Shown here: positions 39,646 to 49,671 of the stretch, in pieces
Layout: the number at the start of each line of letters is the position of its first letter
How positions within the stretch are numbered: the first letter of the stretch is position 1
Origin: Dehalococcoidia bacterium
GTDB taxonomy: Bacteria; Chloroflexota; Dehalococcoidia; Bin125
Reading direction: 5' to 3'
NCBI GenBank assembly: GCA_963662615.2
Contig: CAXXSR010000001.1
Span: 1,728,001 to 1,792,000, forward strand
DNA length: 64,000 bases
Notes under the pieces: generated by a model
What the model saw: only the letters and a program-made list of their open reading frames with translations
The model's database searches: none
What the model was told of the DNA's origin: nothing
Position numbers and translations under genes: made by a program

Positions 39646-39910
39646 CCTGCTGAGTGTATCGCGCGAGATGCTAGGAATCGGCCCGGGGCCACCACGCCGC
39701 TCGCGATCCGCCGCCGCCGCCGCGCGACCGTGCCCTTCAACACCCTGTAGTCTTCGGGCGAGCAGGCGCGCCGGTCGAGACGGTCTGCCCTACGGCGGGC
39801 GAGGTTGACGCCGGCGTACCCCCATGCGGCCGTGGCGCCGCTCCGGCGCCGCGAATCGTCAACGCGCGCGGCGGACGTCGGCGGCGTGCCGGCTCCCAGC
39901 GGAGCGTCCC

Positions 39911-40564
39911 GTGCCCCATCCCACCAAGCCGCTCTGGTTTCAGGACCGCCGCGACGCCGGTGAGGAACTCGCCGCGGCGCTCCTGCGTGACGGGATCAGC
40001 GCTGACCTTGTGCTGGCCGTGCCCCGCGGAGGGGTGATCGTGGCGGAGCCCGTCGCGCGTCGTCTCGGCGCCCCCCTCGACGCGCTGCTGGCACGGAAGG
40101 TCGGAGCGCCCATGCAGCCGGAATTGGCGATGGGCGCCGTGACGCGGTTCGGCGTCGTCTGGAATCCCAACGTGCTCGACGCGCTCTATCTCTCCACCGG
40201 AGCGGTCGAGCAGGCGAGGGCTCAAGCCGCAGCCGAGCTGCAGCGACGCGAACGGGCTTTCCGCGCCGTGCGCCCAGCGGAAGCTGTCGGCGACCGCAGC
40301 GTCATCCTGATCGACGACGGCTTAGCGACGGGGGCAACAGTGGCCGCGGGGGTGCGGGCGCTCCAAAGCGCGGGCGCCGCCGCGGTGGTAGTCGCCGTGC
40401 CGGTTGCGTCCCCCGAGGCCGTGGAGCGGATTGAGGCGCTCGCGGTTCGCGTCGTGGCGCTCTCTGTGCCACACCGGTTCGGCGCGGTGGGCGCGTTCTA
40501 CGAAGACTTCCAGCCCGTCAGCGACGAGGATTGCCTGGAGATCCTTCGCCGGGCGACAAGGTGA
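39911..40564 (+). CDS. Phosphoribosyltransferase-family protein
   Basis: FQDRRDAG, VPRGG, RKVGAP, VILIDDGLATGAT, AVGAFYEDF. Confidence 0.88.
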   Translation: MPHPTKPLWFQDRRDAGEELAAALLRDGISADLVLAVPRGGVIVAEPVARRLGAPLDALLARKVGAPMQPELAMGAVTRFGVVWNPNVLDALYLSTGAVEQARAQAAAELQRRERAFRAVRPAEAVGDRSVILIDDGLATGATVAAGVRALQSAGAAAVVVAVPVASPEAVERIEALAVRVVALSVPHRFGAVGAFYEDFQPVSDEDCLEILRRATR

Positions 40565-40620
40565 GCGCCCCGCGCCCGCCTAGGCAGGGCGCGCAACCAT
40601 GCCGGGAGCGCCAACTGCTG

Positions 40621-40644
40621 GGGGCGCCAAAGTGTTGGCGCCCC
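40621..40644. terminator. Stem-loop between convergent genes
   Basis: GGGGCGCCAA-agtg-TTGGCGCCCC, perfect 10-bp stem. Confidence 0.5.
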
Positions 40645-40671
40645 TCGAGGTCCGGCTGAGAGGGACTATTC

Positions 40672-41856
40672 CTAGACGTTCAAGTGGTACAGCGCTGCGG
40701 CGTTGTCGTGGAGGATGTTGCGCAGGTCCCGCTCCGGCAGGCCGCTGAGCGCATGCTCGATCTGGTCCTTGGGGACGCGGGCAATGGAGCCCCCGCCGGG
40801 CGACATGCTGGTGGGGTGCGGGTAGTCCGTCTCGTAGAGTACGTTCTCAGAGCCGATCTGCTCGATCGCCTTGACCGCGCTCGCCTCCTCGAACCAGAAG
40901 CAGGCGTAGACCTGCCGTTTGAAGTACTCGCTGGGGAGCAGGTCCATCTCCGGATGCTCGTAGATGGCGCCGCTGTTGTTCCACTGCCAGTCCGCCGCCT
41001 CCAGCACGAACGGCACCCAGCCAATCCCGCTCTCCACGGAAACGAACTTCAGCTTGGGGTAGCGGTGGCAGATCCCGGAAAGGATGACGTCCAGGACGGC
41101 AACGGAGTTGTCCAGGAAGAACAGGACGGCGTTCTTGCTGCCGGCCGCTTGCTTGCCGTTGTGGACCGTGGCCTCCTCAATGGTCGTGAGGAGGTCGCCG
41201 GAGCCGATGTGGAAGTTGATGGGCAGATCCAGTTCCTGCGCCGACTCCCACAACGGGTTCCAGTGCGGATCGGTGATCGCGGGGAAACCGAACACGTGCG
41301 GTTGATTCGTCATCAGGACGCCCTTGTGGCCCAGCTTGGCGCTGCGCTGCATCTCCGCCACACAGGCGTCCACGTCCCAGAACGGCATCGTCATGATTGG
41401 GATCAACCGCTGGGGATCGGCTGACGACCACTCGCTGAGGAAGTCGTTGTAGGCACGGATGCAATCGAGCATCAGCGGTCGCTCCTCAAGCTCAAGGAAG
41501 TTCCCGCTGCCGAAGCCGCCCACGTTGGGGTACAGGATTTGGGCGTAGATGCCGTATTCGTCCATGCGCTTGATGCGCTCTCCGGAGTCGTAGCAGCCCG
41601 GGTCCGCGTCCTGGAGAGTGGGGGGGTGACTGGGCAGCGGCTTGTCCCATCCCGCGATGGCCGTCCGGCCCACTGCAAGGCCCATCCTCCCGGCAATGAC
41701 CCAGCGGTCCGCCTCGATCTCCGGGTCGAAGACCACGTGCGGCACCCTGTCGCCCCACTTCTTCGTGGACACGCGGCTGGTCCAGAGGTCGTACGGCTCC
41801 GAGACGTGGGTGTCCACGTCGATGACTTTGATCCGGTCAGCAATGGCCTGCGGCAT
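40672..41856 (-). CDS. Amidohydrolase family 2 protein
   Basis: IDVDTH, AYND, PINFHIG, VESGIGW, ETDYPH, HDNAAALY. Confidence 0.88.
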   Translation of the reverse strand: MPQAIADRIKVIDVDTHVSEPYDLWTSRVSTKKWGDRVPHVVFDPEIEADRWVIAGRMGLAVGRTAIAGWDKPLPSHPPTLQDADPGCYDSGERIKRMDEYGIYAQILYPNVGGFGSGNFLELEERPLMLDCIRAYNDFLSEWSSADPQRLIPIMTMPFWDVDACVAEMQRSAKLGHKGVLMTNQPHVFGFPAITDPHWNPLWESAQELDLPINFHIGSGDLLTTIEEATVHNGKQAAGSKNAVLFFLDNSVAVLDVILSGICHRYPKLKFVSVESGIGWVPFVLEAADWQWNNSGAIYEHPEMDLLPSEYFKRQVYACFWFEEASAVKAIEQIGSENVLYETDYPHPTSMSPGGGSIARVPKDQIEHALSGLPERDLRNILHDNAAALYHLNV

Positions 41857-42048
41857 GGAGCCCTCCCATGTTGCCCCGCGCTACGTCACCCGACGCGCAG
41901 CCGGGGGAGGAGCGGCCCGCGCGGACGCGCTCCAGCATGGGGCGTAGGATAGCAGCTTGCCGATTGAATGGGCTGGAGCCGTTCCCGGCGATTCGCTCCG
42001 GGCAGGTGGACCCCTCGGCCCCGCCCGGGGGCTCCCGCTGAACGGCGC

Positions 42049-42927
42049 CTACGACACCGCCCCAGAGGCCGGGGCGTCCTGCTGCGCGCGCTGCTGGCGA
42101 GCCAGCGCCTCCTCTTCGGCCCCTATGCCGGCGAGATGGCTGATGTAGATCGGCACCAAGGGGAGCACGCAGGGAGAGATGAACGAGAGGACACCGCCCA
42201 CGAACGCAATCCCGAAGCCGAAGAGGCCCGTGACGCTGCCGCCCGTGCTCTCTTCCGCGCCACCCCCTGGGAGGAAAGCGAAATAGTCGTTCAGCACCGT
42301 CACGCGGTCCAGGAAGATGAGCATGCCAATGAAGACGAGGAGAATGCCACTGCCAATGGAGATGGCCGGCATGTACGGTCCCATCTTGCGCAGCAGTGCC
42401 GTGGACGAGCCCAGCGCCGCCCCCGTAATCAGGAAGGGAATCCCCAGCCCCAGCGCGTAGAAGACCAAGAGGAGGGCACCCTGGGCTACGGAGGAGCCGT
42501 CCGCTGCCAGCGTCAGGATGCCCGCGAGAATCGGGCCCACGCAAGGCGTCCAGCCCACCGAAAAGGCGCCGCCCACAAAGATCGACTTTCCGTACCGCCG
42601 TAACCCGGTGCGGCGCATGGGCGCGGCCGCCGAGCCGGACTTCGGCACCTGGGACGAGCCCCCGCCACCGAACTGGTACGTTCGCATGAGAAAGGGAATC
42701 GTGATCAGCTCGGAGAGGTGCAGGCCCAACACGATGAGGGCGACGCCCGCCACGCGCTGGAACCAGATGAGGTTGTCCTGCAGCGCGATTCCGACGATCC
42801 CGAGTGAGGCGCCCAGAATCACGAAGACGACGGAGAAGCCGCCCACGAAGGCGAGCGCGTGCATGAACGTGGTGCGCCGGGGGGCGGCGAATTCTCCTCG
42901 CCCTAACGTCGCTTGCGCCGTCGCCAT
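42049..42927 (-). CDS. ccdA: CcdA-family transmembrane electron transporter, apparently circularly permuted
   Basis: GWTPCVGPIL lies mid-protein; AFVGGVLSFISPCVLPLVPIY (normally N-terminal) lies at the C-terminus. Confidence 0.88.
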   Translation of the reverse strand: MATAQATLGRGEFAAPRRTTFMHALAFVGGFSVVFVILGASLGIVGIALQDNLIWFQRVAGVALIVLGLHLSELITIPFLMRTYQFGGGGSSQVPKSGSAAAPMRRTGLRRYGKSIFVGGAFSVGWTPCVGPILAGILTLAADGSSVAQGALLLVFYALGLGIPFLITGAALGSSTALLRKMGPYMPAISIGSGILLVFIGMLIFLDRVTVLNDYFAFLPGGGAEESTGGSVTGLFGFGIAFVGGVLSFISPCVLPLVPIYISHLAGIGAEEEALARQQRAQQDAPASGAVS

Positions 42928-43042
42928 AGCCGTATCCTAGTGCAGGCCGCGAATGCGTTCATATCAGGTTACGCCCGTCCCCTTCGCGCAGATTCCGTCG
43001 CCACGGACGCAAGGCGAGACCCGGGCGGAGAGCGACCCCGTC

Positions 43043-43726
43043 ATGATGCCCAAGCTGCGCCTCTCCGTCGTGATCCCCACACTGGACGAGGCAGGCGCCG
43101 TGGCGGGGGCCATTCGGAGCGCCCTTGCCGCCGGCGCCACTGAGGTGATCGTGGCGGATGGTGGCTCGCGCGACGGGACCACCGCGATCGCTGCCGTCCA
43201 GGGCGCCTCGGTTGTGCGGGCCCCACGCGGGCGGGGTCCCCAGCTCAACGCGGGAGCGGCCGCAGCCCGCGGCGACGCTCTCTGCTTCCTGCACGCGGAC
43301 GGCCGGCTCGCGCCCGCGGCGGGCGCGTCGATTCGTAAGATATTGAACGATCCGAGCATCATCGGCGGCAATTTTCGCCCCCATTTCGGCCGCTCGGCGC
43401 ACGGGCGCTTCCTTGCCGCCTTGTATCATGTCATCCGTCGCTTGCGGATCTATTACGGAGACTCCGCGATCTTCTGTCGCACAGATGCGTTTTGGGCCGT
43501 CGGCGGCTTCCCTGCGTACCCGCTGATGGAGGACCTGGCCTTCGTCCATCGGCTGCACCGGCGCGGCCGCATGGCCTACCTACAGGTGCCGGTGTTCGCG
43601 TCGCCCCGACGCTGGCAGCAGGGGGGGATCGCGCAGGTGTGGGCGTCCTGGCTGGTTATCCAGTCCCTCTACTTTCTCCGCATCTCGCCGCAGCGGCTCG
43701 CCCTCTTGTACCGGCAGATCAGGTGA
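43043..43726 (+). CDS. GT2 glycosyltransferase, TIGR04283-like
   Basis: SVVIPTLDE, VADGGSRD, GRGPQLNAGA, FLHAD, YGDSAIF, GGFP...MED, SPRRW. Confidence 0.85.
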   Translation: MMPKLRLSVVIPTLDEAGAVAGAIRSALAAGATEVIVADGGSRDGTTAIAAVQGASVVRAPRGRGPQLNAGAAAARGDALCFLHADGRLAPAAGASIRKILNDPSIIGGNFRPHFGRSAHGRFLAALYHVIRRLRIYYGDSAIFCRTDAFWAVGGFPAYPLMEDLAFVHRLHRRGRMAYLQVPVFASPRRWQQGGIAQVWASWLVIQSLYFLRISPQRLALLYRQIR

Positions 43727-44550
43727 AGAACGACGCCTCCCGTCCGCCATTGCCCAAGAGCCCAATGCCCAGGAGCGACTCGCGCCGCCGGCGGGGCGTG
43801 AAGCGTCCCGACCTCCCCACGCCCGCGGTGGGCGTCTTGACGCGGGCGCCGGAGGCAGGGCAGAGCAAGACCCGCCTGGCGGCCGCGATCGGCGCAGCGG
43901 CGGCGGCACAGCTCGCCACCGCGATGCTCCTGGACACCACCAACGCCCTTTGCGGCTCCGGCGCCTGGCGCACAACGCTCTTCGTGGAGCCTCCCGCGGC
44001 GGCGGGCACGCTGGGATCCCTCACCGGATGCGACGATGTGCGACCGCAGAGCGAAGGCAGCATTGGAGCGCGGATGCTCTCGGCGGCGCGAACGCTCCGG
44101 CGGGAGGGCTATGCCCCCGTGGTCCTCGTGGGTTCGGATATCCCTGGCTTGACGCGGGAGCACATCAGCGAAGCCCTGGAGGCGCTCCGAGAGGCGGACG
44201 TGGTCTTCGGACCGGCCTGGGACGGCGGCTACTACCTCATAGGGCTCTGGGAGGCGGCGGCGGACCTCTTTGACGATGCCGCCGTCCCCTGGAGCACGAG
44301 CGAAGTGCTGGCAGCTTCGGAGAAGGCAGCGGCAACGCGAGGGTGGTCATCCCGGCGCATCCGCCCGGAGCGGGACGTGGACAGTCCGGCGGATCTCGCC
44401 ACCCTGCGAGCGCGCCTGCTAGCGTCGGGGGCAGCGCCTGACGCGGCGCACACACTGAAAGCGCTTGCGGCCCTTGACCAATCCATCGAGGGACTGCTCA
44501 ATCCGAGCGAAGGGAGGGGACGTGGTGAAGCTCGCGACGTTCACACATGA
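43723..44550 (+). CDS. DUF2064/TIGR04282-like nucleotidyl- or glycosyltransferase
   Basis: RAPEAGQSKTRL, QSEGSIGARM, VGSDIP, VFGPAWDGGYYLIG, PWST, DVD. GTGA overlap with the upstream gene; start uncertain. Confidence 0.82.
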   Translation: MKNDASRPPLPKSPMPRSDSRRRRGVKRPDLPTPAVGVLTRAPEAGQSKTRLAAAIGAAAAAQLATAMLLDTTNALCGSGAWRTTLFVEPPAAAGTLGSLTGCDDVRPQSEGSIGARMLSAARTLRREGYAPVVLVGSDIPGLTREHISEALEALREADVVFGPAWDGGYYLIGLWEAAADLFDDAAVPWSTSEVLAASEKAAATRGWSSRRIRPERDVDSPADLATLRARLLASGAAPDAAHTLKALAALDQSIEGLLNPSEGRGRGEARDVHT

Positions 44551-45400
44551 CGGCCGCACTCGAATCGGCGTAGTGGAGGAGGGCGAGATCGTCGATCTAG
44601 CTGCCGCTGCCGCCGACCTGCCAACGCAGATGCGAGCGTTCCTGGCGGCCGGGGAGGACGCGCTGGACGCCGCCCGCGTCGCGGTCCGGGGCAGCCCTCG
44701 CCTGGCGCTCGCCGACGTCCGCCTGGAGGCGCCGGTCCCGGAGCCCAGCAAATACCTGGCCGTGGGCCTGAACTACGCCGACCACGCCTCCGAGGGGGGG
44801 CACGAGCCGCCCGACTTCCCCATGATCTTCAACAAGCAGACCAACTGCATCACCGGCCCCTACGACCCCATCCACCTCCCGCGCGTCTCCGCCGACCTGG
44901 ACTACGAGGGCGAGCTGGGCTTCGTCATTGGCCGGCGCTGCCGGCACGTCCCCAAAGAGCGGGCCGCGGAGGTGATCGCCGGCTTCGTCGTCGCCAACGA
45001 CGTCAGCGTGCGCGACTGGCAGCGGCGCTCGCCGACGACGACCCTAGGCAAGTCGTTCGACACGCACGGCCCCCTGGGCCCTTGGATCACCACGGCGGAC
45101 GAGGTGGGCGATCCGCACACGCTTGAGCTTCGTACCTGGGTGAACGGCGAGGAGCGGCAGCACTCCAACACCGAGCAGCTGATCTTCGATTGCTACGACA
45201 TCGTGGCAACACTCTCCACCGTCTGCACGCTGGAGCCCGGTGACGTCGTCGCCACGGGGACGCCCAGCGGCGTGGCGCTGTTTTGGAAGCCGCCTCGATT
45301 CCTCACCGCCGGTGACGTCGTCCGGATCGAGATCGACCGCCTGGGCGCGATCGAGAATCGTGTGATCGCGGAGCCGGAGGACACCGCGCGAATCGGCTAA
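44525..45400 (+). CDS. Fumarylacetoacetate hydrolase-family protein
   Basis: GLNYADH, DYEGELG, NDVSVRDWQ, GKSFDT, TGTPSGV. Confidence 0.92.
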   Translation: MKLATFTHDGRTRIGVVEEGEIVDLAAAAADLPTQMRAFLAAGEDALDAARVAVRGSPRLALADVRLEAPVPEPSKYLAVGLNYADHASEGGHEPPDFPMIFNKQTNCITGPYDPIHLPRVSADLDYEGELGFVIGRRCRHVPKERAAEVIAGFVVANDVSVRDWQRRSPTTTLGKSFDTHGPLGPWITTADEVGDPHTLELRTWVNGEERQHSNTEQLIFDCYDIVATLSTVCTLEPGDVVATGTPSGVALFWKPPRFLTAGDVVRIEIDRLGAIENRVIAEPEDTARIG

Positions 45401-45569
45401 GCCCCACCGATCTTGCGCGCGGCAACGCCTGGCCGGGCCTGTCGTTGCCAGAACCGCTCCTACCGCGACCGCGCCTCCTCCCCCGTCTCAATCGGAGCCG
45501 GTTGCGACGGACAGCGGCGGAGCCTACCTTACGCGCACGGTCCATCCCAGACGGAAACAGGGGAGTGCA

Positions 45570-46826
45570 ATGGCGGCGACACAGCATCCTGAGCCATGGC
45601 GGACGGAGAGCTGGTTTACCAGCCCGTGGAACTTCCTGCCCGAGATCACGGAGCAGTTCAGCCTGCCTCCCAAGGTGCAAGTGCATGATGTGACGCTGCG
45701 CGACGGCGAACAGCAGGCCGGCGTGGAGTTCACCGCGGACGAGAAGATTGAGATCGCGGAGAAGCTCGCGGCGGCGGGCGTTCATCGCATTGAGGCGGGG
45801 TTGCCGGCGGTCTCGAAGGCCGACGAGGCCGCCGTGCGCGGCATTGTGCGGCGGGAGCTGCCGTCCGAGATCTGGGCTTTCTCCCGCTGCATGGTCGCGG
45901 ACGTGAAGCTTGCCGCCGACTGCGGTGTCGCCGGCGTGGTGATGGAGATCCCGGCCAGTCACCATTTGGTCCAGGAGGCCTATCGGTGGCCCATGGAAAA
46001 GGCGATTGACCTGTCCATTGAGGCGACCTCCTACGCCCAAGAGCTGGGCCTGAAGGTCTCCTACTTCCCCATCGACGCCACGCGGGCCGGCATCGTTCAG
46101 TATCTGGACCTGATCGCGAAGGTGGCCAAGGAGGGCCACGTGGACTCCTGCGGGCTGGTGGACACGTTCGGCGTGTTGTCGCCGCACGCGGTGAGCTTCT
46201 TCGTGCGACGGAGCCGGGAGACGCTGGGCGTGCCGCTGGAAACGCACTTCCACATGGACTTTGGCATGGGGGTCGCGAACACGGCGATCGCCGTGGCCTC
46301 GGGGGCAGAGGTGATTCAGACCACCGTGACGGGCCTCGGGGAGCGGGCCGGCAACACCCCCATGGAGGAGACGCTCCTGACCCTGTTAACCATGTACGGC
46401 GTGGACACCGGTGTGAAAACCGAGGATTTCTTCGACCTCTCCCGTCTGGTGCTGGAGCGGGCCGGCGTGGCCCAACCGGCCAACCGACCCGTCGTGGGCG
46501 AGCGGCTCTTCAATGTGGAGTCGGGAATCATTGCGACCTGGGTGAAGAACGTCGGCGACGAGAAGCTCACGGAGGCCTTCCCCTACCGGCCGGAGCTGGT
46601 GGGACAGGAAGCGCCCAAGATCGTCCTGGGCAAGGGCTCGGGGCTGGACTCGATCGCCGTCTGGCTTGACCGTCACCGGCTCTCCGCCACCACGGAGGAG
46701 ATGGAGGCGATCCTGGCGGAAGTGAAGGCGCGATCGTTGGAGAAAAAGCGCCTCCTCAGCGACGACGAGTTCCTCAGCGTCGTGGCTGGGATCGCCACGC
46801 CCGCCGCCAACGCCCCCAAGCGCTGA
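45570..46826 (+). CDS. DRE-TIM metallolyase (isopropylmalate/homocitrate synthase-like, no LeuA regulatory domain)
   Basis: DVTLRDGEQ, HFHMDFG, GLGERAGN, ESGI, LGKGSG. Confidence 0.8.
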   Translation: MAATQHPEPWRTESWFTSPWNFLPEITEQFSLPPKVQVHDVTLRDGEQQAGVEFTADEKIEIAEKLAAAGVHRIEAGLPAVSKADEAAVRGIVRRELPSEIWAFSRCMVADVKLAADCGVAGVVMEIPASHHLVQEAYRWPMEKAIDLSIEATSYAQELGLKVSYFPIDATRAGIVQYLDLIAKVAKEGHVDSCGLVDTFGVLSPHAVSFFVRRSRETLGVPLETHFHMDFGMGVANTAIAVASGAEVIQTTVTGLGERAGNTPMEETLLTLLTMYGVDTGVKTEDFFDLSRLVLERAGVAQPANRPVVGERLFNVESGIIATWVKNVGDEKLTEAFPYRPELVGQEAPKIVLGKGSGLDSIAVWLDRHRLSATTEEMEAILAEVKARSLEKKRLLSDDEFLSVVAGIATPAANAPKR

Positions 46827-47219
46827 GCCGGCCGGCGGCGACACATCAAATCCCCGTCAGGAGACCGTTCAGCCGCAGCGCGATGTCGCGGCTAACCGTC
46901 TGGTGCGTCGCCGGGCGGCGTTGATTACGCAGCCGACCGGCAGCTTCTACGCTCCGCCCCCTCCGCCCTGGGAGGGGCTGCGGTCCTGGCCGTCGCGGAA
47001 TCGATCCCAGCCGAGACGTCGCTGCCCGGAGTCCCGGGAATCGACGAACCGGAGGTAGGATCGTGCGCTTTTCGGCGGCGCGCAGAGCGCGGAGCGGCCG
47101 GCCGCCCGAGATGACGGTCGCCTGCGACCACGCCGGGGCTCCACCCGGCCCCGCCGCGAGCGACCAATACGTCCGCCCGCCGGCCTCGTAGAATCGCTCA
47201 GAGGGGGCAAGAGCGCAGG

Positions 47220-48440
47220 ATGGCGGAATCCCACCGGGCCGCTTTGCAGGCCGGCGCCCCTTCGACGCCCGCCGCTCCGGAACAGCCGCCGCTGCCGGAG
47301 GAGAATCCCAACCGTCACCGCGAGTACCACGGCTGGCGCACGATGGTCACCGCGCTGTTCATTGTCGGCGTGGCGGCCCTGGCAATCTCGCTCGCCGTGT
47401 TCAGCGGCGGGACGCCGGCCACCGAGGGCGACTTCGGCGTCGTGGAGCTGCCCGCCTATCTCAATCCGGCCCAGCGGCCGGTGGAAGTCCGCGCCGGGGC
47501 GCTGGCGCCGGACCTTGAATTGGAGACGCTGAACGGCGAGCGCTTCCGCCTCTCGGACTGGCGGGGGCATCCGCTGGTGCTGAATTTTTGGGCCTCGTGG
47601 TGCGGCCCCTGTCGACGCGAGACGCCCGTCCTGATCCGGCTTCAAGACGAACACCGCCGCGCGGGCCTCGTCGTCGTGGGGGTCAACATTGAGGAGGCGC
47701 GGGGCCCGGCGCGCGGATTCGCCGACGAGTTCGCCATCAATTACCGCCTGCCCATGGACTTCTCCGGCTCGGTCACGCGGCGGTACTTTCCCGGGTTCAC
47801 GGGCCCACCCCGCACCTATTTCATCGCGCCCGACGGATCCATCCACGAGTTCTTCGTGGGCCAAGCGTCTGAAGCCGAAGTGGAACGGGCCACCGTGAAG
47901 CTGATGCGCCTGATCGACGGTCCGCTTGGTCCCAACGTCCTCCCGGGCCCCAAGGCGCTACCCACCAATCTTCTTTCGGAGTTCCATGTTGTGGGCACGC
48001 GCGTGGGGGAACTCGCCCCGGACTTCGTCCTCCCCACGGAGGGCAGTCCGGCGCGAATGTGGCGGCTGTCGGACCAGCGGGGCCGTCCCCTCCTGCTGAT
48101 CTTCGTGGAGCCGGGCTGTCCGGTCTGCGCGGTGGACTGGGCGATCGACGCAGCGACAGAAGGCGGCGTCGATGCGGTCGTCATCACGTCGTCGGGTACG
48201 GTGGCTGCCAGGGCGGGGGGCGCACCGTTCACCGAGTTGCAGTGGGAAACGGAGACCGGCTCCTTATTCGCGAAGGGGAACTCCGTCCAGTACGCCGTTG
48301 TAGGAGCTGACGGCGTGCTGCGGGCCCTGTCCGCGGCGAACGGGGAGATTCTGCGGGCGTTGGAGGCCCTGGCTGCCGAAGCCGCCGTCCCCCAAGCCAC
48401 CGTCCCCGAAGCCACCGCCCCCGACGCCCCGGCCTCCTAG
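47220..48440 (+). CDS. Membrane-anchored TlpA/ResA-family thiol-disulfide oxidoreductase with two redoxin domains
   Basis: N-terminal TM helix; GALAPDL...LNFWASWCGPC; second domain GELAPDFVL...IFVEPGCPVC. Confidence 0.82.
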   Translation: MAESHRAALQAGAPSTPAAPEQPPLPEENPNRHREYHGWRTMVTALFIVGVAALAISLAVFSGGTPATEGDFGVVELPAYLNPAQRPVEVRAGALAPDLELETLNGERFRLSDWRGHPLVLNFWASWCGPCRRETPVLIRLQDEHRRAGLVVVGVNIEEARGPARGFADEFAINYRLPMDFSGSVTRRYFPGFTGPPRTYFIAPDGSIHEFFVGQASEAEVERATVKLMRLIDGPLGPNVLPGPKALPTNLLSEFHVVGTRVGELAPDFVLPTEGSPARMWRLSDQRGRPLLLIFVEPGCPVCAVDWAIDAATEGGVDAVVITSSGTVAARAGGAPFTELQWETETGSLFAKGNSVQYAVVGADGVLRALSAANGEILRALEALAAEAAVPQATVPEATAPDAPAS

Positions 48441-48588
48441 CTCGCGGTCCTCCCAGCCGGCGCGACCGCATCCGGGCGGCGGGGATCGGTGTCCTCCCTC
48501 ATACCCGAGCGGGCAGGGCAGGCCGTATCCTAGGTTGTGTCGGAGTCCGGTCCGCGACAGAGCGGACGTCGCCAACGGGGAGCGGAGC

Positions 48589-49671
48589 ATGGCGCTCTTT
48601 CCCGAGCTGGTCAAACAGGGCCACGAGCAACTGATCTTTCACCACGACCCCGCTTCCGGCCTCCGCGCGATCGTCGCCATACACTCCACGCTCCTGGGTC
48701 CCGCGCTCGGTGGGACGCGCTGGTATCCCTACCCGGATGAAGGCGAGGCCGTGCGAGATGCGATCCGCCTCTCCGCCGCCATGACGCAGAAATCGGCGGT
48801 CGCCGGCCTGGACCTCGGCGGTGGCAAGGCTGTCGTCCTCGGCGACCCCACGCGCAAGACGCCGGCGCAGCTGCGCGCCTACGGCGAGTTCATTGAGAGC
48901 TTGGGGGGGCGCTACCTCACGACGACGGATGTGGGCACGACCACCGACGAGATCGATGAAGTCGCCCGCTACACCCGCCACGTCGTGGGCACGTCGGCCG
49001 CGCGCGGCGGCAGCGGCGACACCTCCGCGCTGACGGCCGTCACGGTCATCAACGGGATGCGCGCGGCCATGCGCGTCGCCTTTGGCGACGAGTCCTTCCG
49101 CGACCGCCACATCGTGGTGGTCGGCGTCGGCAAGGTGGGAGGCCGTGTGGCCCGCCATGCGGCCGAGCACGGCGCCCGCGTCAGCATTGCCGACGTGCGC
49201 GCGGACGCCGCCCGGAAGCTGGCCTGCGAGACCGGCGCCGACGTTGTCGACGTCGCGCGGGCCTACGCCATGGAATCTGACGTGCTCTCGCCCAACGCGC
49301 TGGGCGACGTCCTCACGCCGGAGACGATCCCCGCCCTGCGCTGCGCCGTCGTCTGCGGCGGCGCCAACAACCAGCTCCACTCCGACCCCACCGACGCCGA
49401 TCTCCTTCGCGACCGCGGCATCGTCTACGCGCCGGACTACGTGGTCAACTGCGGCGGAGTCATCAACGTGGCGGTGGAGCTGGACGGCTACGACCCGGAT
49501 CGCGCGCAGCGGCTCGCCGACAACGTCTACAAGACCACCTTGGCCGTCCTGGAGACGGCCCAACAGGCCGGCATCTCCACGGCTGCGGCGGCGCTGCGAC
49601 GAGTCGAGGAACGGCTGGCGGCGGCGAAGTCCGCGAGTAAAGAGGCGCCGGACGGATTCGAGATCCGCTAG
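48589..49671 (+). CDS. ldh: Leu/Val/Phe dehydrogenase
   Basis: AIHSTLLGPALGGTR, LGGGK, DVGT, GVGKVG, GGANNQL, PDYVVNCGG. Confidence 0.9.
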   Translation: MALFPELVKQGHEQLIFHHDPASGLRAIVAIHSTLLGPALGGTRWYPYPDEGEAVRDAIRLSAAMTQKSAVAGLDLGGGKAVVLGDPTRKTPAQLRAYGEFIESLGGRYLTTTDVGTTTDEIDEVARYTRHVVGTSAARGGSGDTSALTAVTVINGMRAAMRVAFGDESFRDRHIVVVGVGKVGGRVARHAAEHGARVSIADVRADAARKLACETGADVVDVARAYAMESDVLSPNALGDVLTPETIPALRCAVVCGGANNQLHSDPTDADLLRDRGIVYAPDYVVNCGGVINVAVELDGYDPDRAQRLADNVYKTTLAVLETAQQAGISTAAAALRRVEERLAAAKSASKEAPDGFEIR

